The notes: generated by a model from the sequence alone, not told the origin. 47,216 nt of DNA from an uncultured archaeon (GCA_964525635.1 CAZGJX010000019.1:1-47216); one strand, 5' to 3'; numbered from the stretch's first letter, positions 20,888 through 31,853 are shown. Numbers and translations are program-made.

Positions 20888-21535
20888 ATGGAGGAAAAAC
20901 CTTCTTTATTAATTATTGGAAACTCTAATGTGGGAAAAAGTTCAATTACAAAATTGCTTTTAAAAGATGCAAGCCAGTTTAAAGGTAAAATTGGAAAAAA
21001 TCCTGGGAGTACATTACTTATTAAACCAATTGATCAAAAAAATATACCATATAAAATTATTGACTTACCAGGATTTGGATATGCAAAAAGCTCAAGTCAA
21101 CGGCGAGAAATACATATCAAACAACAAATAGTCTCTCACATAGAAAAAAATCATAAACAATACTTCTATAGCCTTGTTGTTATAAATATTCTACGAATAG
21201 AAGATGAATTTAAGAAATATTTTTATGATAATAAAGAGACAATTCCATTAACTTTTGAGTTAATTTCATTTTTAACAGAATTTTCTCTCCCTATTTTAAT
21301 AATTATAAATAAAATAGATAAACTCTCTAATTTTGATAAAAATAAAATTATTAAATTCTTAATTGATACCAGTAAAGAATATGGATTAAATTTAATCCAT
21401 TTAGAGAAATTTAAAGGTGATTATTCAGAAGCTATACCTTTTTTGGATTTTTCTGCTCTTAAAAAGCAAAATCTAGGTAAATTAAAAGTAACTATTAATG
21501 ATCTACTTAATAACTATAAAAAATTAGAAATTTAA
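20888..21535 (+). CDS. engB: EngB/YihA-family GTP-binding protein
   Basis: GNSNVGKSS, GKNPGST, DLPGFG, NKID, SA. Confidence 0.8.
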   Translation: MEEKPSLLIIGNSNVGKSSITKLLLKDASQFKGKIGKNPGSTLLIKPIDQKNIPYKIIDLPGFGYAKSSSQRREIHIKQQIVSHIEKNHKQYFYSLVVINILRIEDEFKKYFYDNKETIPLTFELISFLTEFSLPILIIINKIDKLSNFDKNKIIKFLIDTSKEYGLNLIHLEKFKGDYSEAIPFLDFSALKKQNLGKLKVTINDLLNNYKKLEI

Positions 21536-21629
21536 TAAAAAAGCTGGAAAGAAAATTTGTTTTAGGAATTATATTTATGAGAATAAAGAATAATTATTTT
21601 AAAGTATAAATATTTCAAAATATTAGGCA

Positions 21630-22865
21630 ATGAAATACATTATATTAATATGTGATGGTGCTGCTGATTGGCCTATCGAAGAACTTGGAAATAAAACAAT
21701 ATTTGAAGCAACTGAAACTCCTTATTTGGATGATATAGCTAGCAATGGGAAAATGGGCCTATTGAAAACTATACCTGAGGGTATGAGTCCAGGAAGCGAA
21801 TGTGCTAATATGTCAATTATGGGATATCGTCCAGAAATAGACCTTACCGGACGTGGACCTCTAGAAGCATTAAGTGCGGGAGTATCTATGAATAATACCG
21901 ATATCGCATTTCGATGCAATCTTGTAACAATAGAAAAGGAGTTAATTAAAGATTATTCATCAGGACATATTACAACCCAAGAAGGACGAGCTCTTATTAA
22001 TTTTATTCAATCAAAGTTAAAAGAGGAGGGAGTAGATTTTTTTCCAGGTGTTCAATACCGTCATATTTTACGACTTGATGGAAATATGTATTCTGAAAAG
22101 GTCAAAACAATCCCTCCACATGATATCTTGGATCAATGTTATAAAGATTATTTACCAAAACTAATAGATCTTGATAATGAAAAAGCAAAAAAAACAGTAG
22201 ATCTGTTAATTAGACTTATTGAGAAAAGTAATGAATTACTTATTCATCATGAAATTAATAAGAAACGAGAAAAAAATGGAAAGAGCATGGCAACTCATAT
22301 TTTTCCTTGGAGTGGGGGAAAAAAACCTAATATTGAACCTTTTTATAAGAAATATGGAATAAAAGGATCTGTTATTTCCGCAGTTGATTTAATTCATGGG
22401 ATTGGAATAGCTGCAGGACTAGAACCTATTCATGTTGAAGGAGCAACTGGTCTACCTGATACAAATTATAGAGGAAAAGTTGAAGCGGCTATAAATGAAT
22501 TAAAAAAAAGAGATTTTGTTTACCTGCATATTGAAGCTATTGATGAAATGGCTCATACAGGAGATTATAAAAAAAAAATGGAAGCCTTGAGAGACTTTGA
22601 TCACCAGGTTATTAAACCAATAATAGAAGCAGAAGAATTATTTAATAATGAGTTAAAAATAGCAGTGTTGCCAGATCACTTAACACCTTGTAAGATTAGA
22701 ACTCATTCAAATGAACCTGTACCATTTGTAATTTACAATCCAAAAATCCCTAATTCACGAAATTTACACTCCTTCTCTGAAAAAAATGCTGAAGATGGAG
22801 AATTTGGACTTATTCACAACGGAGAGGATTTTATGAGATTATTTATAGGTAAATCCAAATTCTAA
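21630..22865 (+). CDS. apgM: Cofactor-independent phosphoglycerate mutase (archaeal ApgM type)
   Basis: DGAAD, PGSECAN, GRGPLEA, AFRCN, DEMAH, PDHLTP, TH. Confidence 0.92.
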   Translation: MKYIILICDGAADWPIEELGNKTIFEATETPYLDDIASNGKMGLLKTIPEGMSPGSECANMSIMGYRPEIDLTGRGPLEALSAGVSMNNTDIAFRCNLVTIEKELIKDYSSGHITTQEGRALINFIQSKLKEEGVDFFPGVQYRHILRLDGNMYSEKVKTIPPHDILDQCYKDYLPKLIDLDNEKAKKTVDLLIRLIEKSNELLIHHEINKKREKNGKSMATHIFPWSGGKKPNIEPFYKKYGIKGSVISAVDLIHGIGIAAGLEPIHVEGATGLPDTNYRGKVEAAINELKKRDFVYLHIEAIDEMAHTGDYKKKMEALRDFDHQVIKPIIEAEELFNNELKIAVLPDHLTPCKIRTHSNEPVPFVIYNPKIPNSRNLHSFSEKNAEDGEFGLIHNGEDFMRLFIGKSKF

Positions 22866-23079
22866 TTTATTATTATGCTTTGAATAAATTAAAAATAAAA
22901 TAATATAGTTATCAATAATAATATTCTATTTTTAAAAATTTAAATAATTAAAGAAAATAATAAGAGACTAAAAATTTTTAAAGAAGAGAGTTATTCTAAA
23001 AATAAATCTTTTATTCTAGTTCTTATTATTCAATAACAAACCATTTAATATACACATATTTAGTATAAGTGAGAGAATA

Positions 23080-23739
23080 ATGGATGAAATTCTACAAAAT
23101 ATATTACAAATAGTTAGTGGAATAAGTTGGACAATTGTATATCTTGTAATAATAATACGAGGTTTTAAAGATAAAACATATGGAATGCCATTTTATGCAT
23201 TAGCATTGAATTTTATGTGGGAACTTTTATATTCAATAGATATTGAAGATTTTTATAGTATGGATTTACAGAGAATAATAAATATTACTTGGCTTATATT
23301 TGATATTATCATAATTTTTATATACTTCAAGTATGGAAGAAAAGAATTTATCAAAAATTCTAAAAAAATAGAGTTTTATATCTGGGCTATTTTAGGATTT
23401 ATATTTGCATTTTTCATTCAATATGCTTTTATAATAGAAATTGGAGGTATTTTAGGTGCTGCATATACCGCTTTTATACAAAATTTTCTAATGTCGATTC
23501 TTTTTATTGATATGTTGTATAAAAGAGGAAATGTTGATGGTCAATCAATGTATATTGCTATTTTTAAAGGGATTGGGACTCTTGCCCCTACAATATTATT
23601 TTCTATTGAACTTGAAAATCCAATAGTTTTAGTTTTTGGAATAGGATGTCTCGTATATGATGTTATTTATATAATTAAATTAAGAGAACAATTTCTTGTA
23701 CAAAAACTCAATCCATTCACCCGAAAACCAATAAATTAA
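23080..23739 (+). CDS. PaxB/AtmB-like integral membrane terpene cyclase family protein
   Basis: WTIVY...KDKTYGMP..AL..N..WE, GQS..IA..K..GT, late YD; ~7 TMs. Confidence 0.75.
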   Translation: MDEILQNILQIVSGISWTIVYLVIIIRGFKDKTYGMPFYALALNFMWELLYSIDIEDFYSMDLQRIINITWLIFDIIIIFIYFKYGRKEFIKNSKKIEFYIWAILGFIFAFFIQYAFIIEIGGILGAAYTAFIQNFLMSILFIDMLYKRGNVDGQSMYIAIFKGIGTLAPTILFSIELENPIVLVFGIGCLVYDVIYIIKLREQFLVQKLNPFTRKPIN

Positions 23740-23819
23740 GATAATAATTAAAATAATAAATCTTAAATATCTAAGTGCTTTCTAAAAAGACTTTTTTTTT
23801 TATAATTTGAAATTATTAT

Positions 23820-25109
23820 TTAATAATTTGTTATTTTAGGATCTTTTTTCTCATTCCAATTTACACAAAATAAAAAATCTCTACTTGGTTTATTTCGATA
23901 TATTATAGGAAAACCACTTCTTTTCTCAATTTCTTGAGCAATATTGTCTAAAAATTCATATTCAGGAAAATAATCCTGTTTTGCTTTATCAGATTTGATT
24001 CGTTTATCAATTGATAATGCTTTAGCTTGGAGTGTAAAACCCTTTATTTCAAAAAAATTAGGGTTTGTTTTTTCTATAATTTTAATATAATCGTCTATTA
24101 ATTTGGTTGATAGATTTAGATTCTTTACTGCTGTTAATCTTACTAAGGTTCTTGTTGATAAAGAATTTAATAATTCTAAAGATTGGTTTATTTTTTGCCA
24201 ACCATTTTTAATCATTGGTCTACATACTTTTTTATATAGCTCTTCATTAGGAGCTGGAAGTGTAAGATATAACTGTGAGGGTAATGAATCCATTTTTGAA
24301 ATATTTTCAGGTAATGTTCCATTTGTTACGATGAAAGTAGTCATGTTCCTTTTTCTGAATTCATTTACTAAATTAGAGATTTTTGGAAAAAGTAATGGCT
24401 CTCCATCTAAAGATATTGCAGCATGATTTGGATATAATGCTTCATTATGAGCAGTCATGATATCATCTGGATTTGTTAAGCTCCGATTGATTAAAAGTTC
24501 AATTTCATCATTCGAATCTAATGAATTCTTTATTTCATCTTCTAAATTATAATTATTTATAAAATCCCCTACTGGTTTTATGAAATCTTGATTTTTTAAA
24601 AGATTTAATGCTCTTTCAATTTTATTTTTACTAACACATATCTTTTCATATAAAGAATCTATGCTATGGATACCCTCATGCTTAAGCATATAATAGAGAA
24701 TATCAATCATAATTTCATAATTATCTAAATATCTCTTTAAAGGCAGATGGTTGGTGATAATATCCTGTTGATGTTTTATCATTTCATCAATCAAATCTTT
24801 TGGTTCATCTGCCTCAACAGTAAATGACCCCCCCAATGAACCATTCTCTATATCTCGCCAACAAAATACACATTGATGATTACAAAATGGTAAAGATGGT
24901 GTATTTTGTAAACATCGATGACTTTCTATTCCAAAAACACCTTTATAGCAATTTCTGTTTTCTCTTCCTGTCATCAACTTTTGCTCTAACCAATGACAAG
25001 GTTTAATAGCAGAATGTTTATTTTTACCAATAATTCTATATGTAGTTTTTATATAACTTTCCACAAATTCATTGGTTATTTTATTATCTTTGATAAATCG
25101 ATTATTCAT
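23820..25109 (-). CDS. taw1: 4-demethylwyosine synthase (radical SAM) with ~90-aa insertion
   Basis: HSAIKPCHW, CYK..FGIESHRC, CNHQCVFCWR, HAAISLDGEP, VTNG. Confidence 0.9.
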   Translation of the reverse strand: MNNRFIKDNKITNEFVESYIKTTYRIIGKNKHSAIKPCHWLEQKLMTGRENRNCYKGVFGIESHRCLQNTPSLPFCNHQCVFCWRDIENGSLGGSFTVEADEPKDLIDEMIKHQQDIITNHLPLKRYLDNYEIMIDILYYMLKHEGIHSIDSLYEKICVSKNKIERALNLLKNQDFIKPVGDFINNYNLEDEIKNSLDSNDEIELLINRSLTNPDDIMTAHNEALYPNHAAISLDGEPLLFPKISNLVNEFRKRNMTTFIVTNGTLPENISKMDSLPSQLYLTLPAPNEELYKKVCRPMIKNGWQKINQSLELLNSLSTRTLVRLTAVKNLNLSTKLIDDYIKIIEKTNPNFFEIKGFTLQAKALSIDKRIKSDKAKQDYFPEYEFLDNIAQEIEKRSGFPIIYRNKPSRDFLFCVNWNEKKDPKITNY

Positions 25110-25245
25110 TAGACCAAAACACTATTAATCTTATTTTTCCTCTAAAAATTATAAATATAAAAAGGTTTAATAGATAAATTAAATTATTTCTTAAGAATTA
25201 TAAGTATGGAAATAATTAGAATCTCACTTATAAAATATAATTAGA

Positions 25246-26118
25246 GTGTTTAATATGATAAATAAAATTAAGAATGAATTATTGAATTTAGGATTAAAAT
25301 TCATCAGTAATGACGAAAAATTAATAAGAATTTTCTTGGAAACAATCCCGTCTAATATTAATGAAATTGTAATTATTCCGACAGTAAAACTCGTTATGAA
25401 AAAACTTATCAACAAACTAGCTAGTAAAAATAAAAAAGGACAAGTATATAATGGATTATTAAATGAAGTGAGAGTTAGTATTATACGTTGTCATATTGGA
25501 TGTCCTAATATGGCAATTTTAATGGAATGTTTAAAAAGAACTAAAGCTAAAAAAATCATTAGAATTGATATATGTGGAGGGATTACTGAATTAAAAAACC
25601 TTATTGATGTAGGTAATATAATAATTCCTAAAAAAGCGTATTGTGGAGATGGAACAACTACACAATATATTTTAACACATCCAGATTTAGCAAATCAACT
25701 AGATTCAATAGAGAATCCTATAGGACGATTTGAAAATATAATTGCTGGAAATCAAAAAATATATATTTCAAAACCAGATGAACAATTAAGTAATATATTA
25801 TTTAATCATGGTATTTCTGATATTAGTTCTATAACTAAAAAGGTTGATTTATGGACAACCGATGCATTATTTTGTGAGACTTATGACTTTTTGAATGCAT
25901 GGAAAGCTACAAATATAGAATGTATCGATATGGAATCTTCTATATTGTTTTTACTTGGTAAACTATATAATCTGAAAACATCATCCATATTAGCTGTATC
26001 TGATTTACCGGGTACTAAATACGATTTTTTAAATTCAAATGAAATTCATCCAAATATGGAAAATGGAATTAATAAAGCAGTCAGAATATTAATGAATTCC
26101 CTTTCAAAAATAAAATAA
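25246..26118 (+). CDS. Purine/uridine nucleoside phosphorylase family protein
   Basis: IGCP, IRIDICGG, WTTDA, IDMES, AVSD. Confidence 0.8.
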   Translation: MFNMINKIKNELLNLGLKFISNDEKLIRIFLETIPSNINEIVIIPTVKLVMKKLINKLASKNKKGQVYNGLLNEVRVSIIRCHIGCPNMAILMECLKRTKAKKIIRIDICGGITELKNLIDVGNIIIPKKAYCGDGTTTQYILTHPDLANQLDSIENPIGRFENIIAGNQKIYISKPDEQLSNILFNHGISDISSITKKVDLWTTDALFCETYDFLNAWKATNIECIDMESSILFLLGKLYNLKTSSILAVSDLPGTKYDFLNSNEIHPNMENGINKAVRILMNSLSKIK

Positions 26119-26146
26119 AAAATCTAAATATAACAAAAAGAAGAAA

Positions 26147-27280
26147 TTATTCAAAAAAATAAGTTCCAACTATTGAATCTGCTTTACTAAATTCAGAGAC
26201 TTCACCCACAAAATTCTCCAATTGCTTGGAAAATTTGGATTTAAAATCATTTGTAAAGTTTTTATGAGCCATATTGGAAGCTTGAGTTGTATAATCCACC
26301 AAGAGAGCACATAAAAAATGTTCTTTCTTGATAATTTTTAATTCACGACCTTCAAAAATAATTGTTTCTATGAATCCTGTAGTTTTAGTAGTTTCTTTGA
26401 ATAGAGAAGAAATTGCTGAAAAAGCACCTATTAAAAGTTCAGTATCTTTTATAGTAATTTGATTACCAAATGTTTTTGAATAAATTTGAATTCCCGATTC
26501 AGAATAAACGAGAAGCATATGAATTCTCTGTATCTGTAATAACCATGGTTTTTTACTTGCTTTAAAAAATGTAATTCCAATAATGATCATTCCAATATTT
26601 TGAATAATATAACTTCCAAGATGTATGATTTGAGCAGGAGAATGTACTGGATGAATACTTAAATTAAGAACATATGGAATTAAAGGAAAAAATAGAGCAA
26701 AAAATATACTAAAACGAGTAATTTTATAAGACTCTTTTGAGTTGATGACGATGCTTTTTTTCTAGAGATCTATGTAACATCCTGAATAATAGAAAAAAAC
26801 TGCTTAAATAAAAAATTGATTCTGCTATCCCAATGAAACTATCATCTAAAATAACAACTGAATAAAATTTTCCATCTTCTTCTACAGAAAAAGGGGGATT
26901 AGATAATAAACCTCCAATTATTATAAATGTAATAATTGTTAGAAATATTTGTCGTTTTGAAAATTGAACATCTCTTTCAAAGACTTCAAGAAGAATAATA
27001 ATTGAATATAATACCAACAATTCAAAAATAGTTGATAAGATTAAAAATATTTTTGTCATTTCTAAATCTTCCAGAAAAAAAAAGACATGATCATAGTGAT
27101 AACACTTAAAATATAGGTTAAATAAAAGAGACTTAAGTATCCAAACATTTTATATTTTGTCTTAAAATAATTTTTAGAAAAAAATGTGCAAAAAAAGATT
27201 GTTAAAATTAATATTATAGATGGTGGAATCATATTTATAAATATATCCACAAAACCTGCTTGAAATAACATCTTTATCAT
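26147..27280 (-). pseudogene. Multi-TM (7TM-like) protein fused to C-terminal longin-like domain, about 3 frameshifts
   Basis: Three collinear ORF pieces rejoin by frameshifts near 27075-27083 (A9), ~26765 and ~26710; C-terminal LLVYSESGIQIYS...LIGAFSAISSLFKE. Confidence 0.7.
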
Positions 27281-27352
27281 AATTTAATTCTCATTGGTAT
27301 ATTATTAATAATATATAATAAGCTAATATTCAAGTTTCTTTAAATATAAAGT

Positions 27353-28255
27353 TTATAATCCCTTTAATAAATCTGAAAAATTTGGCTCTTTAAAATATTT
27401 ATTATATTTTTTTAACAACTCTATATTTACTAAGTGTATTTTTTTTCCAGCTTTATTTTTTGCTGATTTTATTAAATCTAACTCTTTCATTTTTTTAAGA
27501 TGATATTGTATTGTCCCAGGATATACCTCTAAATCCTCCGAAATACTTGATATTGATATTGTATCATCTTTAAAAAATTCTTCAATTATTTTCGGAATTA
27601 AATCATTTATAAAAACCACTTTATAATCATCAAAGTCATCAGGAACATCTTTTATGAAATAATGGAGAGTTTTACCTATTTTTTTTGACCTTATAAGCCC
27701 AAAATTTTCTAAAGTCATTATATGTTTAAGAAAAGGAGTTCTCGTGATATTTAATTCCTCCTCTATTTTGTCATCTCTAGCATGAATCCCTGGATTATCA
27801 CGAATAAATTCTATTATTGATGCTAATTTCTCATTATTTAGAATTTCTAATTTTGTTCTTCTTTCATTAGTAACAATCCAATTCTTATCCTCTAAACTTC
27901 TAATAGAAAGGAATATATCTTCTTTACTATAACCCTTTTTATACGATAATTTTGCAATACATGTTGCATATAATTTTTCGATGATGGGAAATCGTTGTAT
28001 TTGTGCTTCAGATTCTATTTCAAATTCTGTATCATATCGTTTTAATTTAAGAATTTCCTGAGCAATTTTCAAAATGTCTTTGTCAATATCTGATAATTCT
28101 CCAACCAGCTCCTCCTTTTTAACAGGTTCTTCTACTTGCTCTTTTTTTTCTTCTTTAAATACTAATGGAGTAAAATCAGTCTCTCTAAATGAACTTTCCT
28201 TTAATAATATTTTCTCTTTTTTTTCCTTTGAGTTTCTTCTTTTTTCTAGCGACAT
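27353..28255 (-). CDS. Tandem winged-HTH regulator
   Basis: IIEFIRDNPGIH...KHIMTLENFGLIRS; SISSISEDLEVYPGTIQYHL. Confidence 0.75.
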   Translation of the reverse strand: MSLEKRRNSKEKKEKILLKESSFRETDFTPLVFKEEKKEQVEEPVKKEELVGELSDIDKDILKIAQEILKLKRYDTEFEIESEAQIQRFPIIEKLYATCIAKLSYKKGYSKEDIFLSIRSLEDKNWIVTNERRTKLEILNNEKLASIIEFIRDNPGIHARDDKIEEELNITRTPFLKHIMTLENFGLIRSKKIGKTLHYFIKDVPDDFDDYKVVFINDLIPKIIEEFFKDDTISISSISEDLEVYPGTIQYHLKKMKELDLIKSAKNKAGKKIHLVNIELLKKYNKYFKEPNFSDLLKGL

Positions 28256-28270
28256 GATTGTTACTCTATA

Positions 28271-29950
28271 TTAAGCATATTTTTCTAAAAATTGGACATA
28301 TTTAACTTGTTCATCCTCATCCATATATTTTAACTGTTCAACTATCTTATTATAATGTTCTGGCTTTACCTTTGGAAGCTTTCGAATCCTTTCCACTAAT
28401 TTACGAGGTATCTTTTCTTGGTAAAGATTAATTATTGCCTTAATATATTTAACTTGTTGTTCTTTTGTTAAAAAGGCCAACTCTTTTAATAATTCATTCT
28501 TATCTCTCTTGGGGATTTTAAGATTAATTATTTGTTCCCTGATATCTTTAGAAAGAAGTGTAAAAATTTTAGAGAAATATTCTTTTACAAGCTTTTTATC
28601 TTTTTTATTTTTTACAGGTATAAGAGATTCGTGTAATTTTAATTCTATTTCTTCTTCCTTTTTCTTTATTTCATCTTTGGTTTTTGTTTCTTCTTTGCTA
28701 ATCTTGACTATTTCTTCTTTAATTATATCTTTTATTGGTTCCTCTTCTTTAGTTTTTGTTTGTTCTTCACCAATCTTAACTATTTCTTCTTTAATTTTGT
28801 CTTTTTTCATTTCAATAATATCTAATTCATCAATTTTTGACAAATAAATGGAATCTTCTGTATCAAGTTCTTTTGTTCCTTTTATTTTCTCTTTTTCTTT
28901 AATAAATTTTGTTTGTATAATAACTAACATTAAGAGGATAGCTGCTTTCACTAAAATAAATATTCCTACTGCACAAAATATAGTAGCTATTATACCTAAA
29001 ATAAACGTTCTTATTACAACTGTTATTTCAACTTTTTGTTTATTATGTATTTTTTTTCTATACAAAAAATCAATTGATAAACATATAATTGCTCCGATTA
29101 AAGATCCAATAACACTACTAATGAAAAAATTATTCATCAAAAAGTCTTTAAAAGCTTCAGGACTTTCAAAACCTACAACAAATAGATTTCTAATAAAAAT
29201 TTCAAATTCAAAATAAAAATCTATTCTACTAATTATGTGAATAGCAAATATAATGAGTATAAATCCTAATATAGAGGAAAATTCATTAAGAGAATTTTTT
29301 ATAAAATGCGCGATATCATAAAAAGTATATTTATTCTTTTTACTAATTAATATTACATAAATTAAAACCAAGACACCCTTTGCCAATAAGAAAACTCCAG
29401 TTCCATAAAGAAAACATCCCAATATTCCAATACTAATGCTATGTACTATAACTTCTTCATATTTGCCTTCTTTGATTCTTTTATAAACTACTTTTTTATC
29501 ATATAAAGATAAAAGTAAGCCAAAAAGACCTATACTACTATGTCTAATAACTATAACTAACCACAAATCTGGTTCCTGAAATATTTGTAATAATAAAATA
29601 AGAGAAAGAATGGATACAATTAAAATAGGGATATATGAAAATTCATTGAATTTTTGAATCACTTTGTTTATTGTTGAATAAGTTTTTTCTTTTTTTACAG
29701 GATAAGTCTCTTTTTTCTTTTTCTCCCATTTTTCCCCATTTTCCCCTTTTTCCAATATAAATTCCTTTTTATGTGGTTTTGCTAATTTTATCTCAGGTTT
29801 AAATTTTCTTTCAATAAATTTTACTCCTGCAAGACTAAAAGGTGTACCACATTTTTCACAATAAACTTGGATATTATCTTCTATTAATCCTGATAGTTGA
29901 GTGGGAAAATGAAATCCACATTCATTACAAATATAAATTCTTTTTGACAT
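28271..29950 (-). CDS. Zinc-ribbon + multi-TM + charged C-terminal protein
   Basis: CNECG...CEKCG; duplicated TM block (GxFxLxKxxLxL twice); K/E-rich tail. Confidence 0.75.
   Translation of the reverse strand: MSKRIYICNECGFHFPTQLSGLIEDNIQVYCEKCGTPFSLAGVKFIERKFKPEIKLAKPHKKEFILEKGENGEKWEKKKKETYPVKKEKTYSTINKVIQKFNEFSYIPILIVSILSLILLLQIFQEPDLWLVIVIRHSSIGLFGLLLSLYDKKVVYKRIKEGKYEEVIVHSISIGILGCFLYGTGVFLLAKGVLVLIYVILISKKNKYTFYDIAHFIKNSLNEFSSILGFILIIFAIHIISRIDFYFEFEIFIRNLFVVGFESPEAFKDFLMNNFFISSVIGSLIGAIICLSIDFLYRKKIHNKQKVEITVVIRTFILGIIATIFCAVGIFILVKAAILLMLVIIQTKFIKEKEKIKGTKELDTEDSIYLSKIDELDIIEMKKDKIKEEIVKIGEEQTKTKEEEPIKDIIKEEIVKISKEETKTKDEIKKKEEEIELKLHESLIPVKNKKDKKLVKEYFSKIFTLLSKDIREQIINLKIPKRDKNELLKELAFLTKEQQVKYIKAIINLYQEKIPRKLVERIRKLPKVKPEHYNKIVEQLKYMDEDEQVKYVQFLEKYA
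28674..28806 (-). repeat. Intragenic imperfect tandem duplication, 72-nt period
   Basis: IKEEIVKIGEEQTKTKE / IKEEIVKISKEETKTKD. Confidence 0.75.
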
Positions 29951-30218
29951 ATCCTTTTACACTATTTATATAATATTGTTTTTTTTATAGGATTTATTTT
30001 TTTTTATTCTAAATAAATGATTTACCTTTTCTTTGAATATTTAAATCTTTTTATATTTATGTTAGCAACTTATTTCCTAACAATTAATATTGTTATACTT
30101 TATTAATTTTTAACTTAAGGCTAATCTATAAAGAAAAAGAAATTCTTAAAATATAAAAAATTTGTAGTCCAGTTATTATATAAGATTTTTAATTTATTAT
30201 TAAATATCTAAATATTAT

Positions 30219-30725
30219 CTAATTTAAATCTAATATTTTTAACCAGCTAATTGATTTAACAGTATTCTGGAGTTGATGATCATCGTTTACTATATTGAAT
30301 ATTAAATTTTTAAATAATATTTCAGCTTTAGTCTTTATTGGTTTTATAGGAATTATATTATCGTTTTTTCCATGAAAAATTGTTACAGGAATTTCAATTG
30401 GTTTTATACTAGAAGGAATATATTCATCCGCAATTAACAAAGGTGCTAATAAAATGAGCCTATCAACTTTTTCAGGATTATTAATAGTAAATAGAGTCCC
30501 CATTAAACCACCGAAAGAGGATCCGATAATTTTCCATTTCTTTTCTTCACTAAGAATTTTATTCAATTGTATCATTCTAATCTTTAGAAGGTCTTTACGA
30601 GGTATTTTTGAATTATATTCTTCAAAATCTGGAGTCAAACAATCAGTTATTGTACTTCTGAAAAAATTACCTTTAAATCCATGACCAGAACTAATTAGTC
30701 CATGAATAAAAATAACATTATTCAT
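30219..30725 (-). CDS. YqiA-like alpha/beta hydrolase
   Basis: FIHG, GSSFGG, HGKND, DDH. Confidence 0.85.
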   Translation of the reverse strand: MNNVIFIHGLISSGHGFKGNFFRSTITDCLTPDFEEYNSKIPRKDLLKIRMIQLNKILSEEKKWKIIGSSFGGLMGTLFTINNPEKVDRLILLAPLLIADEYIPSSIKPIEIPVTIFHGKNDNIIPIKPIKTKAEILFKNLIFNIVNDDHQLQNTVKSISWLKILDLN

Positions 30726-31806
30726 TTATAGTCCCGTCCTGAGAAGATTTATCATTGTCCTTCTCTCTTAATTTCCTTAATTCTTTTTGATATCCAATAT
30801 ACATTATCAAAGCAACTATTGAGAAATAAAGAATAACTAAAAAAATTCCAAAAAAATAGTATTTACCAGTAAAAGATAAGAAATATAGAGAAATCCCTAC
30901 TAGAAATCCTGTGATTATTCTAGATTCTGTCGTACTATTTCGGAATAATAATTTTTGTGTACCCCAATCAATTATACAAGGTATTGGAAATATTAAACAG
31001 ATAATAATAGCCAATTCCGGATTTATTATAAAATTAAAAGATATTTCAAAAAAATAAAAAAAAAATAAAGATACGATACCACCTATTATTGCTCCTGAAC
31101 ATCTTGAGCAAAAATAAATATATGTTCTTCCAAATTTGAGATGATATGTATGATCACATGCATAATACGGATGGTGAGTTAAGCTCATATGATAAAAATG
31201 TATTTCTTTTTCAGCAAGAAAATAATTATATAAGAATAGCAGGATTGGAATAATGAAAATAATTGATATTATTGATTGAGTAAGAAATTTAAAACCAAAA
31301 TTTACTATTATTTTCTCTAAACTAACGTTTGGGTAGCTAAAAGATTGAAGAACTATTACAATTCCACTAATTAAAAATGAAGAAATCAATACACTCAAGA
31401 ATGAATAAAAAATTTTAATTCGATCCTTAAATTTCAGAGGACTATATTTATAAATTCCAACAAAAAATCCCAGAATTGCTACAATAAAACACCATTGTAG
31501 TTCTAAAGTATCATAAAATGCCAACTGGTAAAATAATTCACCAAGAAATCCATTTATTAATCCATGAAATGATCCTGCTAAAACAGAAAAAAATGTAAAC
31601 AATAGCAAAGTGAAACCAAATTGCATTGAAAACTGTGATTGATCAACAAAATTGGTTGATATTGAACCCATAGTTTCAGAAAAGTAAAAATAAGACATAA
31701 TTATAAATATTCCCTTAAATATATTTAAGGTAATTTTTCTCAGAAGCGTATATTCTTCGATTTCTTTATTTATTTTATCATTATATCCATTAATTTCATT
31801 CTTCAT
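30718..31806 (-). CDS. ECF S-component-like domain fused to DUF2085-like membrane domain
   Basis: Gly-rich TMs; THH...CDH...FCSRCSG...P...DWGTQ...R..TG. Confidence 0.6.
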   Translation of the reverse strand: MKNEINGYNDKINKEIEEYTLLRKITLNIFKGIFIIMSYFYFSETMGSISTNFVDQSQFSMQFGFTLLLFTFFSVLAGSFHGLINGFLGELFYQLAFYDTLELQWCFIVAILGFFVGIYKYSPLKFKDRIKIFYSFLSVLISSFLISGIVIVLQSFSYPNVSLEKIIVNFGFKFLTQSIISIIFIIPILLFLYNYFLAEKEIHFYHMSLTHHPYYACDHTYHLKFGRTYIYFCSRCSGAIIGGIVSLFFFYFFEISFNFIINPELAIIICLIFPIPCIIDWGTQKLLFRNSTTESRIITGFLVGISLYFLSFTGKYYFFGIFLVILYFSIVALIMYIGYQKELRKLREKDNDKSSQDGTINE

Positions 31807-31853
31807 TAGGGATCTAGGTATTTAATTGTTATAATTTAATAATAATATATAAA

